Source of the DNA: Candidatus Omnitrophota bacterium
Lineage (GTDB): Bacteria > Ratteibacteria > UBA8468 > B48-G9 > JAFGKM01
Assembly (NCBI GenBank): GCA_023818785.1
Contig: JAMWCO010000001.1
Span: forward strand, 1 to 26,664
Length of the DNA: 26,664 bases
Direction of reading: 5' to 3'
Shown: in pieces, positions 17,726-25,306 of the stretch
How positions within the stretch are numbered: the stretch's first letter is position 1
Layout: each line of letters starts with the position of its first letter
Translations under genes and position numbers: made by a program
The notes under the pieces: generated by a model
Seen by the model: only the letters and a program-made list of their open reading frames with translations
Database searches by the model: none
What the model was told of the DNA's origin: nothing

Positions 17726-18949
17726 TTATTTTCTTTTTTCTTCTATTATCTTTTGATATCCACTTTCAATATATGCTTTTATAGGGTCGTAATGTAGTCC
17801 TTTTTCAAGAAGTGCTTTATAAACAATTGGTCTTGTATCGCATAAAGAAATAGCATTATTAAAGAATCTATTCGCAAGAATTATCTCATCTTCTCTTTGC
17901 AATTTTTTTATTTTTTCTATATCAACAAGTACAGAGCGTGCAAGAGAAATTTGTAAAGAATTAATTGAATGTAAAATTGCATGAAACCTATTTTCTCTTC
18001 CACATGCCTGGTCAATCATATATGCCCAATTCTTCTTTTTATCTTTATTACATATAACATCTCCTTTAACAAGTTCATAAAATATCCTTGCCATTTGTAA
18101 ATTTGGTTCAACTGAATGGTCATCATCAGCAGCATACCTTGTATTAAAATGGAATCCACCTGGCATATTTTCAGAAATTAAAATAGCAACAATCTGTTCT
18201 ATATTTATTCCATGAGGATGATGTCCAATATCAATTAAAACACCTACATTTTCACCAAGAGATTTTGAAAGTATATAAGAAGTACCCCAATCAGGAATTG
18301 TTGTACTGTATGTTCCAGGTTCAAATAGTTTATATTCAATTAAAATCCTCACATCTTTAGAAATTTTTTTATAACTTTCTATCAGAGATTCCTTCATATT
18401 TTCATAATTTTCTTTTAAGTCAATTTGTCCAGGATATAAAGAACCATCTGGAAACCATAATGTTAAAAGGTTGTTCCCAAATTTTTTTGCAATCTGACCA
18501 CCAAATATTGTCTGCTCTATATATCTTTTTCTTATTTCTTTAATAGGAGAGGTAAAACTTCCTCTATAAGAACCTGTGAGAAAATATGTTGGATTTATTG
18601 CTCCAAGAGATATCCTTTTTTCTTTACAATACTGATAAACCTTTTCAACAATTTTATAATCTGGTTCTATTCCATCTTTTGAAAAATCCCATAAAACATG
18701 AGTTGCTATTCTTGGAGTACAACCTGTAAGTTTATGAACAAATGAAGCATCATCTATCTTTTCATAAATATTTCTTGCAGCACCAGGTGGCGTATAATTT
18801 CCAAATCTTCCTCCACCAAAATTTCCAAAAACCCAACTTGGAATTTCTACTTCAAAATTTTTAAGATATTCAATTGCTTTATTAACTTTTTCTTTCCCAA
18901 ATTCTTCTTCAAGTTGTCTAATACCATTTTCAATCCATTTCTCATTCAT
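17726..18949 (-). CDS. L-rhamnose isomerase (RhaI-type)/xylose-isomerase-like sugar isomerase
   Basis: EIPSW..G..GGGRFG, KIDDA..VH.LTG, TH..WD, LWFPDGS.YPGQ, IEYKLFEP..YST.IPDWGTSY, DIGHH, NIEQIV, GGFHFN....DDD and YMIDQ motifs. Start placed at MNEKW (18949, SD AGGGG) because the longer ORF start lies inside rnpB. Confidence 0.8.
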   Translation of the reverse strand: MNEKWIENGIRQLEEEFGKEKVNKAIEYLKNFEVEIPSWVFGNFGGGRFGNYTPPGAARNIYEKIDDASFVHKLTGCTPRIATHVLWDFSKDGIEPDYKIVEKVYQYCKEKRISLGAINPTYFLTGSYRGSFTSPIKEIRKRYIEQTIFGGQIAKKFGNNLLTLWFPDGSLYPGQIDLKENYENMKESLIESYKKISKDVRILIEYKLFEPGTYSTTIPDWGTSYILSKSLGENVGVLIDIGHHPHGINIEQIVAILISENMPGGFHFNTRYAADDDHSVEPNLQMARIFYELVKGDVICNKDKKKNWAYMIDQACGRENRFHAILHSINSLQISLARSVLVDIEKIKKLQREDEIILANRFFNNAISLCDTRPIVYKALLEKGLHYDPIKAYIESGYQKIIEEKRK

Positions 18950-18974
18950 ACTAACCCCTTTTAAAATAAAAAAT

Positions 18975-19324
18975 GAAGGAGTGGATTGTAAGCCGGATTC
19001 TGTTTTTAGGTGCCTATTCATCTTGGTCAGAAGTTGCCTTCTGACTCATGCGGTCTACCCGAACCATTTGGGCCAGGAAACCCATTGGTTCTACTTGACC
19101 TTGCTCCAGGTGGGGTTTGCCTTGCTCTACCTGTCGCCAGGTAGACGGTGAGCTCTTACCTCGCCTTTTCACCTTCATCCACCATGGCTTATGGTGGATT
19201 GTGTATTTTCTGTGGCACTTTCCAGGTATTACTACCTGTTCCTGTTAGGAACCACCCTCCCTGGTGGAGTCCGGACTTTCCTCCTATCAAAATATATGGT
19301 AGGCAGACACCCATCCACTCCTTC
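18975..19324 (-). ncRNA. rnpB: RNase P RNA, bacterial type A
   Basis: Minus strand has a perfect 12-bp P1 (GAAGGAGTGGAT...ATCCACTCCTTC), GAGGAAAGTCCGGACTC, AGTGCCACAGAAAA, GGTGAAAAGGCGAGGTAAGAGC, GGCAAACCCCACCTGGAGCAAG, P6 CAGGGA/TTCCTG, a P18 GCAA-loop hairpin and ACAGAATCCGGCTTA. No P19 is apparent. Confidence 0.98.
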
Positions 19325-19733
19325 AAAATAACTCATTTTTCTTTTCAAGGAACAAATTAGCAATCTTATCAGCAATTTTATTTTCTTCTCTTTTTATATA
19401 TTTAATCTTAATATTGTTATACCTTGATAGTAAATATTTTGAAATAAAATGTAAAATCTTTAACTCCTCATCCTTAACTTTATATTCACCATTGATTTGT
19501 TTGACAAGAAGTAAACTATCACTTTTAACCTCAACTTCATCTGTTTTGAAATTTAGACATTCTATTAAAGCACAAATTAGAGAAATATATTCTGCGACAT
19601 TATTTGTTGTAATACCAATTTGGTTTCCTAACTTTTTATATATTTTCCCATTTTTAAAGACAACTATCCCATATGAACTTTTACCTGGATTCCCTTTTGA
19701 AGTACCATCAATGTAAATCTCTATCTTATCCAT
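19323..19733 (-). CDS. rnhA: Ribonuclease HI (archaeal/actinobacterial-type, no basic protrusion)
   Basis: IDGTSKGNPG, TNNVAEY, KSDSLLLVKQING.YKVK and I.REENKIAD.IAN motifs; the four acidic active-site residues are present. Confidence 0.88.
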   Translation of the reverse strand: MDKIEIYIDGTSKGNPGKSSYGIVVFKNGKIYKKLGNQIGITTNNVAEYISLICALIECLNFKTDEVEVKSDSLLLVKQINGEYKVKDEELKILHFISKYLLSRYNNIKIKYIKREENKIADKIANLFLEKKNELF

Positions 19734-20434
19734 TAATATAAAATTCTACTACAATTTTCACACTGGACTATTTCTTTTTTCTTTTTCACTCTTTCAACTA
19801 TATATGTAGGAAGAGACATAAAACATCCACTACATATTCCATTTTCTATCTTTACTATTGCTATATTATCCTTTTTATTTTTTCTTATTTTTTCATATAA
19901 ATTGTATGCTTTAAAGTCAATTTCTTTTACAAGTTCTTCTCTCTCTTTCTTCTTTATCTCTAATTCTTTTTTTAAATTCTCTATTTTCTTTTTTTCTTCT
20001 TCTATTTTTTTAAAGATATGTTCTTTTATTTTCTTTAACTCTTCTTCTAAAATCTTTTCTTTTTTTATAATTTCTTCTTCTTTCTCCATTAATATTAAAA
20101 CTTCTTCCTCTATATCTGAAATTTTTTTCTTTATATTTGCTATTTCAATTAGGAGGGCTTCATATTCTTTATTTGTTTTAACAGTGCCAAGTTTTTTATC
20201 TAAATTATTTTTTTCTTCTTCATAACTTCTAATTTCAAGTTCTTTCTCTTTTCTATCAAGTTGTATTTTTTTAAGGTCATCCTTTGCTTCTTTTATCTTT
20301 TTTTCTATATCTTCTATTTCTCTATTAAATCTTTTTTCTTTTTCAGGAAATGAATTTATTTCTCCCTCTTTTTCAAATATTTCCTCATCAATTTTTTGAA
20401 GAATAATAAGTTTTTCTATTTCTTCTGTAATCAT
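19733..20434 (-). CDS. C4-type zinc-ribbon/coiled-coil protein (DUF164-like)
   Basis: L..LQ.ID, long coiled coil, KTNKEYEAL..EI, CSGCFMSLP and CENCSRILY motifs. Confidence 0.9.
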   Translation of the reverse strand: MITEEIEKLIILQKIDEEIFEKEGEINSFPEKEKRFNREIEDIEKKIKEAKDDLKKIQLDRKEKELEIRSYEEEKNNLDKKLGTVKTNKEYEALLIEIANIKKKISDIEEEVLILMEKEEEIIKKEKILEEELKKIKEHIFKKIEEEKKKIENLKKELEIKKKEREELVKEIDFKAYNLYEKIRKNKKDNIAIVKIENGICSGCFMSLPTYIVERVKKKKEIVQCENCSRILY

Positions 20435-20514
20435 CCCTTTCCTTTTTAAGTTTTCAATTAAAAATAGAAAATATCATAAATTCAAAATAAAGTCAAAAAT
20501 AATTTTAACAAGTT

Positions 20515-20542
20515 TTGTTTTTTAATTTAAAAGTGATATAAT
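20515..20542 (+). promoter_or_regulatory. Putative extended -10 promoter for ribBA operon
   Basis: TGnTATAAT at 20534-20542 (perfect extended -10) with TTGTTT at 20515-20520. Confidence 0.6.
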
Positions 20543-20550
20543 TTATTTGA

Positions 20551-20570
20551 AAAAGTTGTGGAAAAGTTGT
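20551..20570 (+). repeat. Tandem direct repeat AAAAGTTGT (11-nt period) containing a consensus DnaA box
   Basis: AAAAGTTGT at 20551-20559 and 20562-20570. TGTGGAAAA at 20557-20565 is the reverse complement of TTTTCCACA, matching TTWTNCACA. Confidence 0.45.
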
Positions 20571-20586
20571 TAGAAAATAGTAAAAA

Positions 20587-21816
20587 ATGGAAAGCAAAAT
20601 TTTCAGTCAAATAGATGAAGTAATTGAAGATATAAGAAATGGAATACCTGTTATAGTTGTTGATGATGAAAATAGAGAAAATGAGGGTGATATTATTGTT
20701 GCATCTGAAAAGATTACTCCAAAAATAATAAATTTTATGGCAAAAGAAGCAAGGGGACTTATATGTGTTGCATTACTTCCGGATAGAATAAAAGAACTTA
20801 ATTTGCCTCCAATGGTTTCAGATAATACTGCTATCCACAAAACTGATTTTACAGTAAGTGTTGATGCTGCTTATGGAGTAACGACTGGAATTTCTGCATA
20901 TGATAGAGCATTCACAATCAAACTTTTAATAGATAAAAATACAAAACCCCAAGATTTAGCAAGACCAGGCCATATTTTCCCAATAAAAGCAAAAGAAGGT
21001 GGAGTTCTTGTAAGGGCGGGTCATACTGAAGCGGCTGTTGACCTTGCGAAAATTGCAGGACTTTATCCTTCAGGAGTATTATGTGAAATTATGAAAGAAG
21101 ATGGAAGTATGGCAAGATTACCTGATTTGATTGAATTTGCTAAAAAACATAAATTAAAAATTGTAACAATAAAGGACTTGATTGAATATAGAAGAAAAAG
21201 AGAAAAACTTATTGAAAGAATAGTTGAAACATTTTTACCAACTGAATTTGGAGATTTTAAGTTAATTCTTTATAGAGACAAAATAGAAAAAAATTATCAT
21301 ATAGCAGTTGTAAAAGGAGATTTAACTCTTAAAGATGAAAAAGATAGTATACTTGTAAGAGTACATTCTAAGTGTATAACAGGAGATATTTTTCAGTCAA
21401 AGAGATGTGATTGTGGCAAACAACTACATAAAGCACTCCAAATGATTGAAAAAGAAGGTAGAGGTGTTCTTGTTTATTTACCTCAAGAAGGGAGAGGGAT
21501 TGGACTTGCAAATAAAATAATGGCTTATAAACTTCAAGATGAAGAAAAACTTGATACAGTTGAAGCAAATATAAAACTTGGATTTCCACCAGATTTAAGA
21601 GATTATGGAATTGGAGCACAGATTCTTGTTGACCTTGGTTTAACAAGAATAAGACTTTTAACAAATAACCCAAGAAAAATTATAGGACTTGAAGGATATG
21701 GTATTGAAATTATAGATAGGATTCCAATAGAAATAGAACCAAATTTTTATACTAAGAATTATTTAAAAACAAAAAAAGAAAAACTTGGTCATCTTATAGA
21801 AATGGAAAATGAATAA
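20587..21816 (+). CDS. ribBA: Bifunctional 3,4-dihydroxy-2-butanone-4-phosphate synthase/GTP cyclohydrolase II
   Basis: [33 protein letters not shown] and CEI (RibB); [36 protein letters not shown] and LTNNP.K (RibA). Confidence 0.97.
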   Translation: MESKIFSQIDEVIEDIRNGIPVIVVDDENRENEGDIIVASEKITPKIINFMAKEARGLICVALLPDRIKELNLPPMVSDNTAIHKTDFTVSVDAAYGVTTGISAYDRAFTIKLLIDKNTKPQDLARPGHIFPIKAKEGGVLVRAGHTEAAVDLAKIAGLYPSGVLCEIMKEDGSMARLPDLIEFAKKHKLKIVTIKDLIEYRRKREKLIERIVETFLPTEFGDFKLILYRDKIEKNYHIAVVKGDLTLKDEKDSILVRVHSKCITGDIFQSKRCDCGKQLHKALQMIEKEGRGVLVYLPQEGRGIGLANKIMAYKLQDEEKLDTVEANIKLGFPPDLRDYGIGAQILVDLGLTRIRLLTNNPRKIIGLEGYGIEIIDRIPIEIEPNFYTKNYLKTKKEKLGHLIEMENE

Positions 21817-22609
21817 AATACCAAAAACAAATGTTGGTGGAATTTATGTTTCCCGTCTTATATGTGGGACAAACTGGATTTTAGGTTATTCACATCAAAC
21901 ATCTTCAAAGGATAGAATGATAAAACAAATTATGGAAGAAAAAAAGATTATTGATATTTTATGTACCTGTATGAAAAATGGAATAAATGCTGTAATGGGA
22001 CCACCTAATGAACTCTTATCAAAATGTATTGATAAAGTAAAAGAAAAGTTTGGAGAAGAATTAATATATATCTGTACACCCTGGAAAATAGAGGAAATTG
22101 ATTGGGCAAAAGAAAAGGGAGCAAAGATATGTATGCCCCATACATCTGTTACAGATACTTATGTTAACAAAAGAGAGAAAAATTTAAAAGGGATTGAAGT
22201 ATGGCTTGAAAAAATAAGAGAATATGAAATGATACCTGGACTTTCAACTCATGTTCCTGAAACAATTATTTATGCAGATAATACAAATCTTGATGTAGAA
22301 ACATATATACAAATTTATAATCCTATAGGATTTTTATGCAATATAGAAGTTGAATGGATTTATAAAATTATTAATGAAGCAAAAAAACCAGTTATGATAA
22401 TAAAACCATTTGCTTCTGGAAGAATTAGTCCTTTTGTTGGACTTAATTTTGTTGTAAATACTATTAGAGATATTGATATGATAACAATTGGGTTTAACTC
22501 TCCTTATGAAGTTGAAGAGGATGTAGAAATCTTTCTTTCTATAATTGAGAAAAGAAAATCAAATTTAGAATATCAAATAACAAGAAGTAAGAAAAATCTT
22601 GAAAAATAA
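21809..22609 (+). CDS. Uncharacterised protein with aldo/keto-reductase-like (beta/alpha)8 signature
   Basis: 266 aa with N-terminal [34 protein letters not shown] and IIKPFASGR, resembling AKR-fold motifs but lacking the DTA..Y catalytic segment. Overlaps the ribBA stop. Confidence 0.6.
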   Translation: MNKIPKTNVGGIYVSRLICGTNWILGYSHQTSSKDRMIKQIMEEKKIIDILCTCMKNGINAVMGPPNELLSKCIDKVKEKFGEELIYICTPWKIEEIDWAKEKGAKICMPHTSVTDTYVNKREKNLKGIEVWLEKIREYEMIPGLSTHVPETIIYADNTNLDVETYIQIYNPIGFLCNIEVEWIYKIINEAKKPVMIIKPFASGRISPFVGLNFVVNTIRDIDMITIGFNSPYEVEEDVEIFLSIIEKRKSNLEYQITRSKKNLEK

Positions 22610-22622
22610 AAAAGGGGGGAAA

Positions 22623-23084
22623 ATGAAAATAATTGAAGGATACTTTGATGCAAAAGGTAAAAAATTTGGAATAATTGTAAGTAGATTTAATGAATTTATT
22701 TCAAAAAGGTTGCTTGATGGAGCAATTGATTGTTTAAAAAGACATAATGCAGATGATGAGAATATAGAAATTATTTGGGTTCCAGGAGCAGTTGAAATGG
22801 TTTATGTCCTTGGAAAATTGCAAGAAAAGAATCAATACGATGCAATAATTTGTCTTGGAGCAATAATAAGAGGAGATACACCACATTTTGAATATGTTGC
22901 AAGTCAAATAACAAGGGGTATTTCTCAGGCAAACTTTTTAGGGAAAATACCTATAACTTTTGGGATAATTACTGCAGATAGTATAGACCAGGCAATAGAA
23001 AGAGCAGGAACAAAAGCAGGAAATAAAGGATGGCAAGCAGCACTTTCAGCAATAGAAATGTCAAATTTAAAAAATAAAATTTAA
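22623..23084 (+). CDS. ribH: 6,7-dimethyl-8-ribityllumazine synthase
   Basis: IIVSRFNEFIS.RLLDGA, WVPGA.E, CLGAIIRGDTPHFEYV, FGIIT, QAIERAG.KAGNKG motifs. Start placed at MKIIEG (22623) behind an AAGGGGGG SD. Confidence 0.97.
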   Translation: MKIIEGYFDAKGKKFGIIVSRFNEFISKRLLDGAIDCLKRHNADDENIEIIWVPGAVEMVYVLGKLQEKNQYDAIICLGAIIRGDTPHFEYVASQITRGISQANFLGKIPITFGIITADSIDQAIERAGTKAGNKGWQAALSAIEMSNLKNKI

Positions 23085-24307
23085 ATATTAATTCCTGAAA
23101 CATAACCAGTTGAAAAGTATGCCTGCAAATTATATCCACCTGTTTTTCCATCAATATCTATTACTTCTCCAGCAAAATAAAGATTTTTTAAAATTTTAGA
23201 TTCCATTGTCTTTGGACTTATTTCATCAACACATACACCACCTCTTGTAACCATACTTTCATAAAAAGGTCTTGGCTTTTTAACTATAAGTGAAAAATTT
23301 AAAAGGCTTTCAGCAAGTATTTTTCTTTCTTTTTTTGTTATTTGATTTGCTTTTTTTTCTGAATCTACACCTGAAATTTCTAAAAATTCATCAATTAGAC
23401 CAGAAGGAATTAAATTTTTAAAAAGATTTTTTAATATTTTATTTGGGTTTTGATTTATCTCTCTCTGCAATCTATTATCAAGTATTTCTTCATTTAAAGC
23501 AGGTTTAAAATTTATTATAATTTTTATTTCTCCTTTACCATAATTTTCAGAGATATTTCCGCTCAAATTTAAAATCGCAGGTCCACTAACTCCATAATGA
23601 GTAAATAAAACCTCTCCAAATTCCTCTCCTATTTTTTTATCATTTAAATATGAAATTACTTTTACATTCTTTAAATTTATTCCTTGCCATTTCTTTATAA
23701 AATTTTCTTTTATTTCAATTCCACATAATGCAGGAACAGGGTTTATTATCTTATGTCCAAATTTTTTAGCCCAAACAAAACCATCTCCTTGTGAACCAGT
23801 TTCTGGAAAACTTTTACCACCAGTTGCTATAATAACTTTTGCACATTTAAAAATTCTTTTATCAGTTATAACCTTAAATCCATTTTTTAACTTTTCAATA
23901 TCAATTACTCTCTCTTTTAAAAAAACTTTAACTTTATTCCTATCAAGAATCTTTTTTACTGTTTTTACAACATCTTCTCCATTTTCACTTTCTGGATATA
24001 CTCTTTTTCCTGTATCTATTTTTAGTTTAAGACCATTATTTTCAAAAAATTCAAAAAGGTCTCTATTTGAAAATTGATGAAAAACATTTATTAAAAACTT
24101 ACCATTTCTATATTTTGATAAATAATCATTATTAATTTCATTCATATTTGTTAAATTACATTTTCCTTTTCCTGTTAAAAGCAATTTTTTACATATTTGA
24201 TTATTTTTCTCAATTATTACAACTTTTTTACATCTTTCAGATGTAAAAATTCCAGAAAAACAACCAGAAGGTCCAGCACCAATTATAATCACATCAAACC
24301 CTTCCAT
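23081..24307 (-). CDS. HI0933/YhiN/BaiN-family flavoprotein (NAD(P)/FAD-dependent oxidoreductase)
   Basis: IIGAGPSG, KKLLLTGKGKCNLTN, G.VYP, ATGGKSFP.TGS.GDG, GEVLFTH.GVSGP.IL, VTRGGV and YFAGEVIDIDG.TGGYNLQ motifs. Confidence 0.93.
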   Translation of the reverse strand: MEGFDVIIIGAGPSGCFSGIFTSERCKKVVIIEKNNQICKKLLLTGKGKCNLTNMNEINNDYLSKYRNGKFLINVFHQFSNRDLFEFFENNGLKLKIDTGKRVYPESENGEDVVKTVKKILDRNKVKVFLKERVIDIEKLKNGFKVITDKRIFKCAKVIIATGGKSFPETGSQGDGFVWAKKFGHKIINPVPALCGIEIKENFIKKWQGINLKNVKVISYLNDKKIGEEFGEVLFTHYGVSGPAILNLSGNISENYGKGEIKIIINFKPALNEEILDNRLQREINQNPNKILKNLFKNLIPSGLIDEFLEISGVDSEKKANQITKKERKILAESLLNFSLIVKKPRPFYESMVTRGGVCVDEISPKTMESKILKNLYFAGEVIDIDGKTGGYNLQAYFSTGYVSGINI

Positions 24308-25240
24308 TTATTTAATCCTTCTATAATATTTTTCTCCTATATATTCAACTTCAACAATTTCGCCTCTATCTATCAAATCCTTCAATAAATCTAAAGAACC
24401 CCCATTATCTTTCAAAAATTTTTCCATCTCTTTTTGGCTCATAGGATGAACAGAAATAATACTTAAAATATCTTCAATTAAATTACCTGTAAAACCAAAT
24501 TCTTCTCCTTTCTTTTCAATAATTTTTACATTTATACCTTTATTCTTAAAAATAATATATGCAAAATCAATTTTTTCTTTTTCTGGAATTTCTACCCATT
24601 TTTCAGTTGGTGGTCTTGTCGGATAACCAATATAGGCAATAGTTGGTTTTATCTTTTTCAAAAAATCTCCTATTTTTTCTATCTCTTTTTCACAATCATT
24701 TATATTTTTAATAAAAAGTGTCTCTGTTAATAATTCGCCTTTAAATTCATTGGAAAATATCTCAATTCCTTCGAGAATTTGTTGAAGTTTAATTTTTTTA
24801 TAAGGTCTGTTTATCTTTCTCCATGTCTCTTCAGTTACAGTATCTATTTTTAAAGAAACAGAATCTGCTTTTTTTAAATCATCTCTTACATCATTTCTCC
24901 ATATTAAAGAAGAGTTTGTAATAACAGCAATTTTTATTCCAAATTCTTTTAATATCTCTATCTCTTTCCCAAGATTTATATCAATTGTTGGTTCTCCATC
25001 AGAAACAAAACTTATATAATCAATTTCCTTATCCTTTAAACTTTCAATAATTTTTCTTACCTGCCTTTTTATCTCTTCTGGTTTATAAAATTCTTTTCTC
25101 TCAATTTCATAATATTCAGTTTTACCAATCTGACAGTAAATACAGGAATAACTACATTTTTTAGGTTGAATAATATTATTTATTCCCAAACTTTTCCCAA
25201 ATCTTCTTGAAGGAACAGGTCCAAAAACTATTCTTTCCAT
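24308..25240 (-). CDS. Radical SAM protein of unknown function (COG0731-like bacterial group)
   Basis: FGPVPSRRFGKSLGI, CSYSCIYC (CxxxCxxC), DGEPT, VITNSSL and SLKIDT motifs; C-terminal small helical domain. Confidence 0.88.
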   Translation of the reverse strand: MERIVFGPVPSRRFGKSLGINNIIQPKKCSYSCIYCQIGKTEYYEIERKEFYKPEEIKRQVRKIIESLKDKEIDYISFVSDGEPTIDINLGKEIEILKEFGIKIAVITNSSLIWRNDVRDDLKKADSVSLKIDTVTEETWRKINRPYKKIKLQQILEGIEIFSNEFKGELLTETLFIKNINDCEKEIEKIGDFLKKIKPTIAYIGYPTRPPTEKWVEIPEKEKIDFAYIIFKNKGINVKIIEKKGEEFGFTGNLIEDILSIISVHPMSQKEMEKFLKDNGGSLDLLKDLIDRGEIVEVEYIGEKYYRRIK

Positions 25241-25248
25241 AACTTGAA

Positions 25249-25277
25249 ATTATACTTTAAATATTTACATCAAACAA
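25249..25277 (-). promoter_or_regulatory. Putative sigma70 promoter, probably leaderless or near-leaderless, for the radical SAM gene
   Basis: TTGTTT (25277-25272), 17 nt, TATAAT (25254-25249), only 8 nt before the ATG, with no SD sequence. Confidence 0.5.
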
Positions 25278-25306
25278 ATCCCTCCGAACCCGGTTCGGTA
25301 AGATTT
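25276..25306 (-). terminator. GC-rich hairpin directly after the mfd stop; possible intrinsic terminator
   Basis: Minus strand AAATCTTA-CCGAAC-CGG-GTTCGG-AGGGATTT forms a 6-bp perfect core extended by G-U pairs (folds better on the minus strand). The U-tract after it is weak (GTTTG). Confidence 0.45.

Noticed and set aside
18950-19021. N-terminal extension of the isomerase ORF (MNRHLKTESG...)
   Set aside because: It is encoded within the 3' end of rnpB. A good SD precedes the ATG at 18949.
19148-19360. 70-aa plus-strand ORF in a GC-rich island
   Set aside because: It lies antisense to rnpB, and the GC richness is explained by the RNA structure.
19733-20434. Low-complexity Glu/Lys repeats suggesting a repeat protein or microsatellite
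   Set aside because: They are explained by the long coiled coil of the zinc-ribbon family, with no exact tandem DNA unit.
24308-25240. Calling the radical SAM protein a TYW1 wyosine synthase
   Set aside because: It lacks the additional N-terminal cysteines for the auxiliary cluster, and wyosine is not a known bacterial modification. Only a distant family link is supported.
25284-25298. tRNA T-arm remnant (GGGTTCG) as a phage/att scar
   Set aside because: There is no GTTCRANYC completion, acceptor stem, CCA or nearby integrase.
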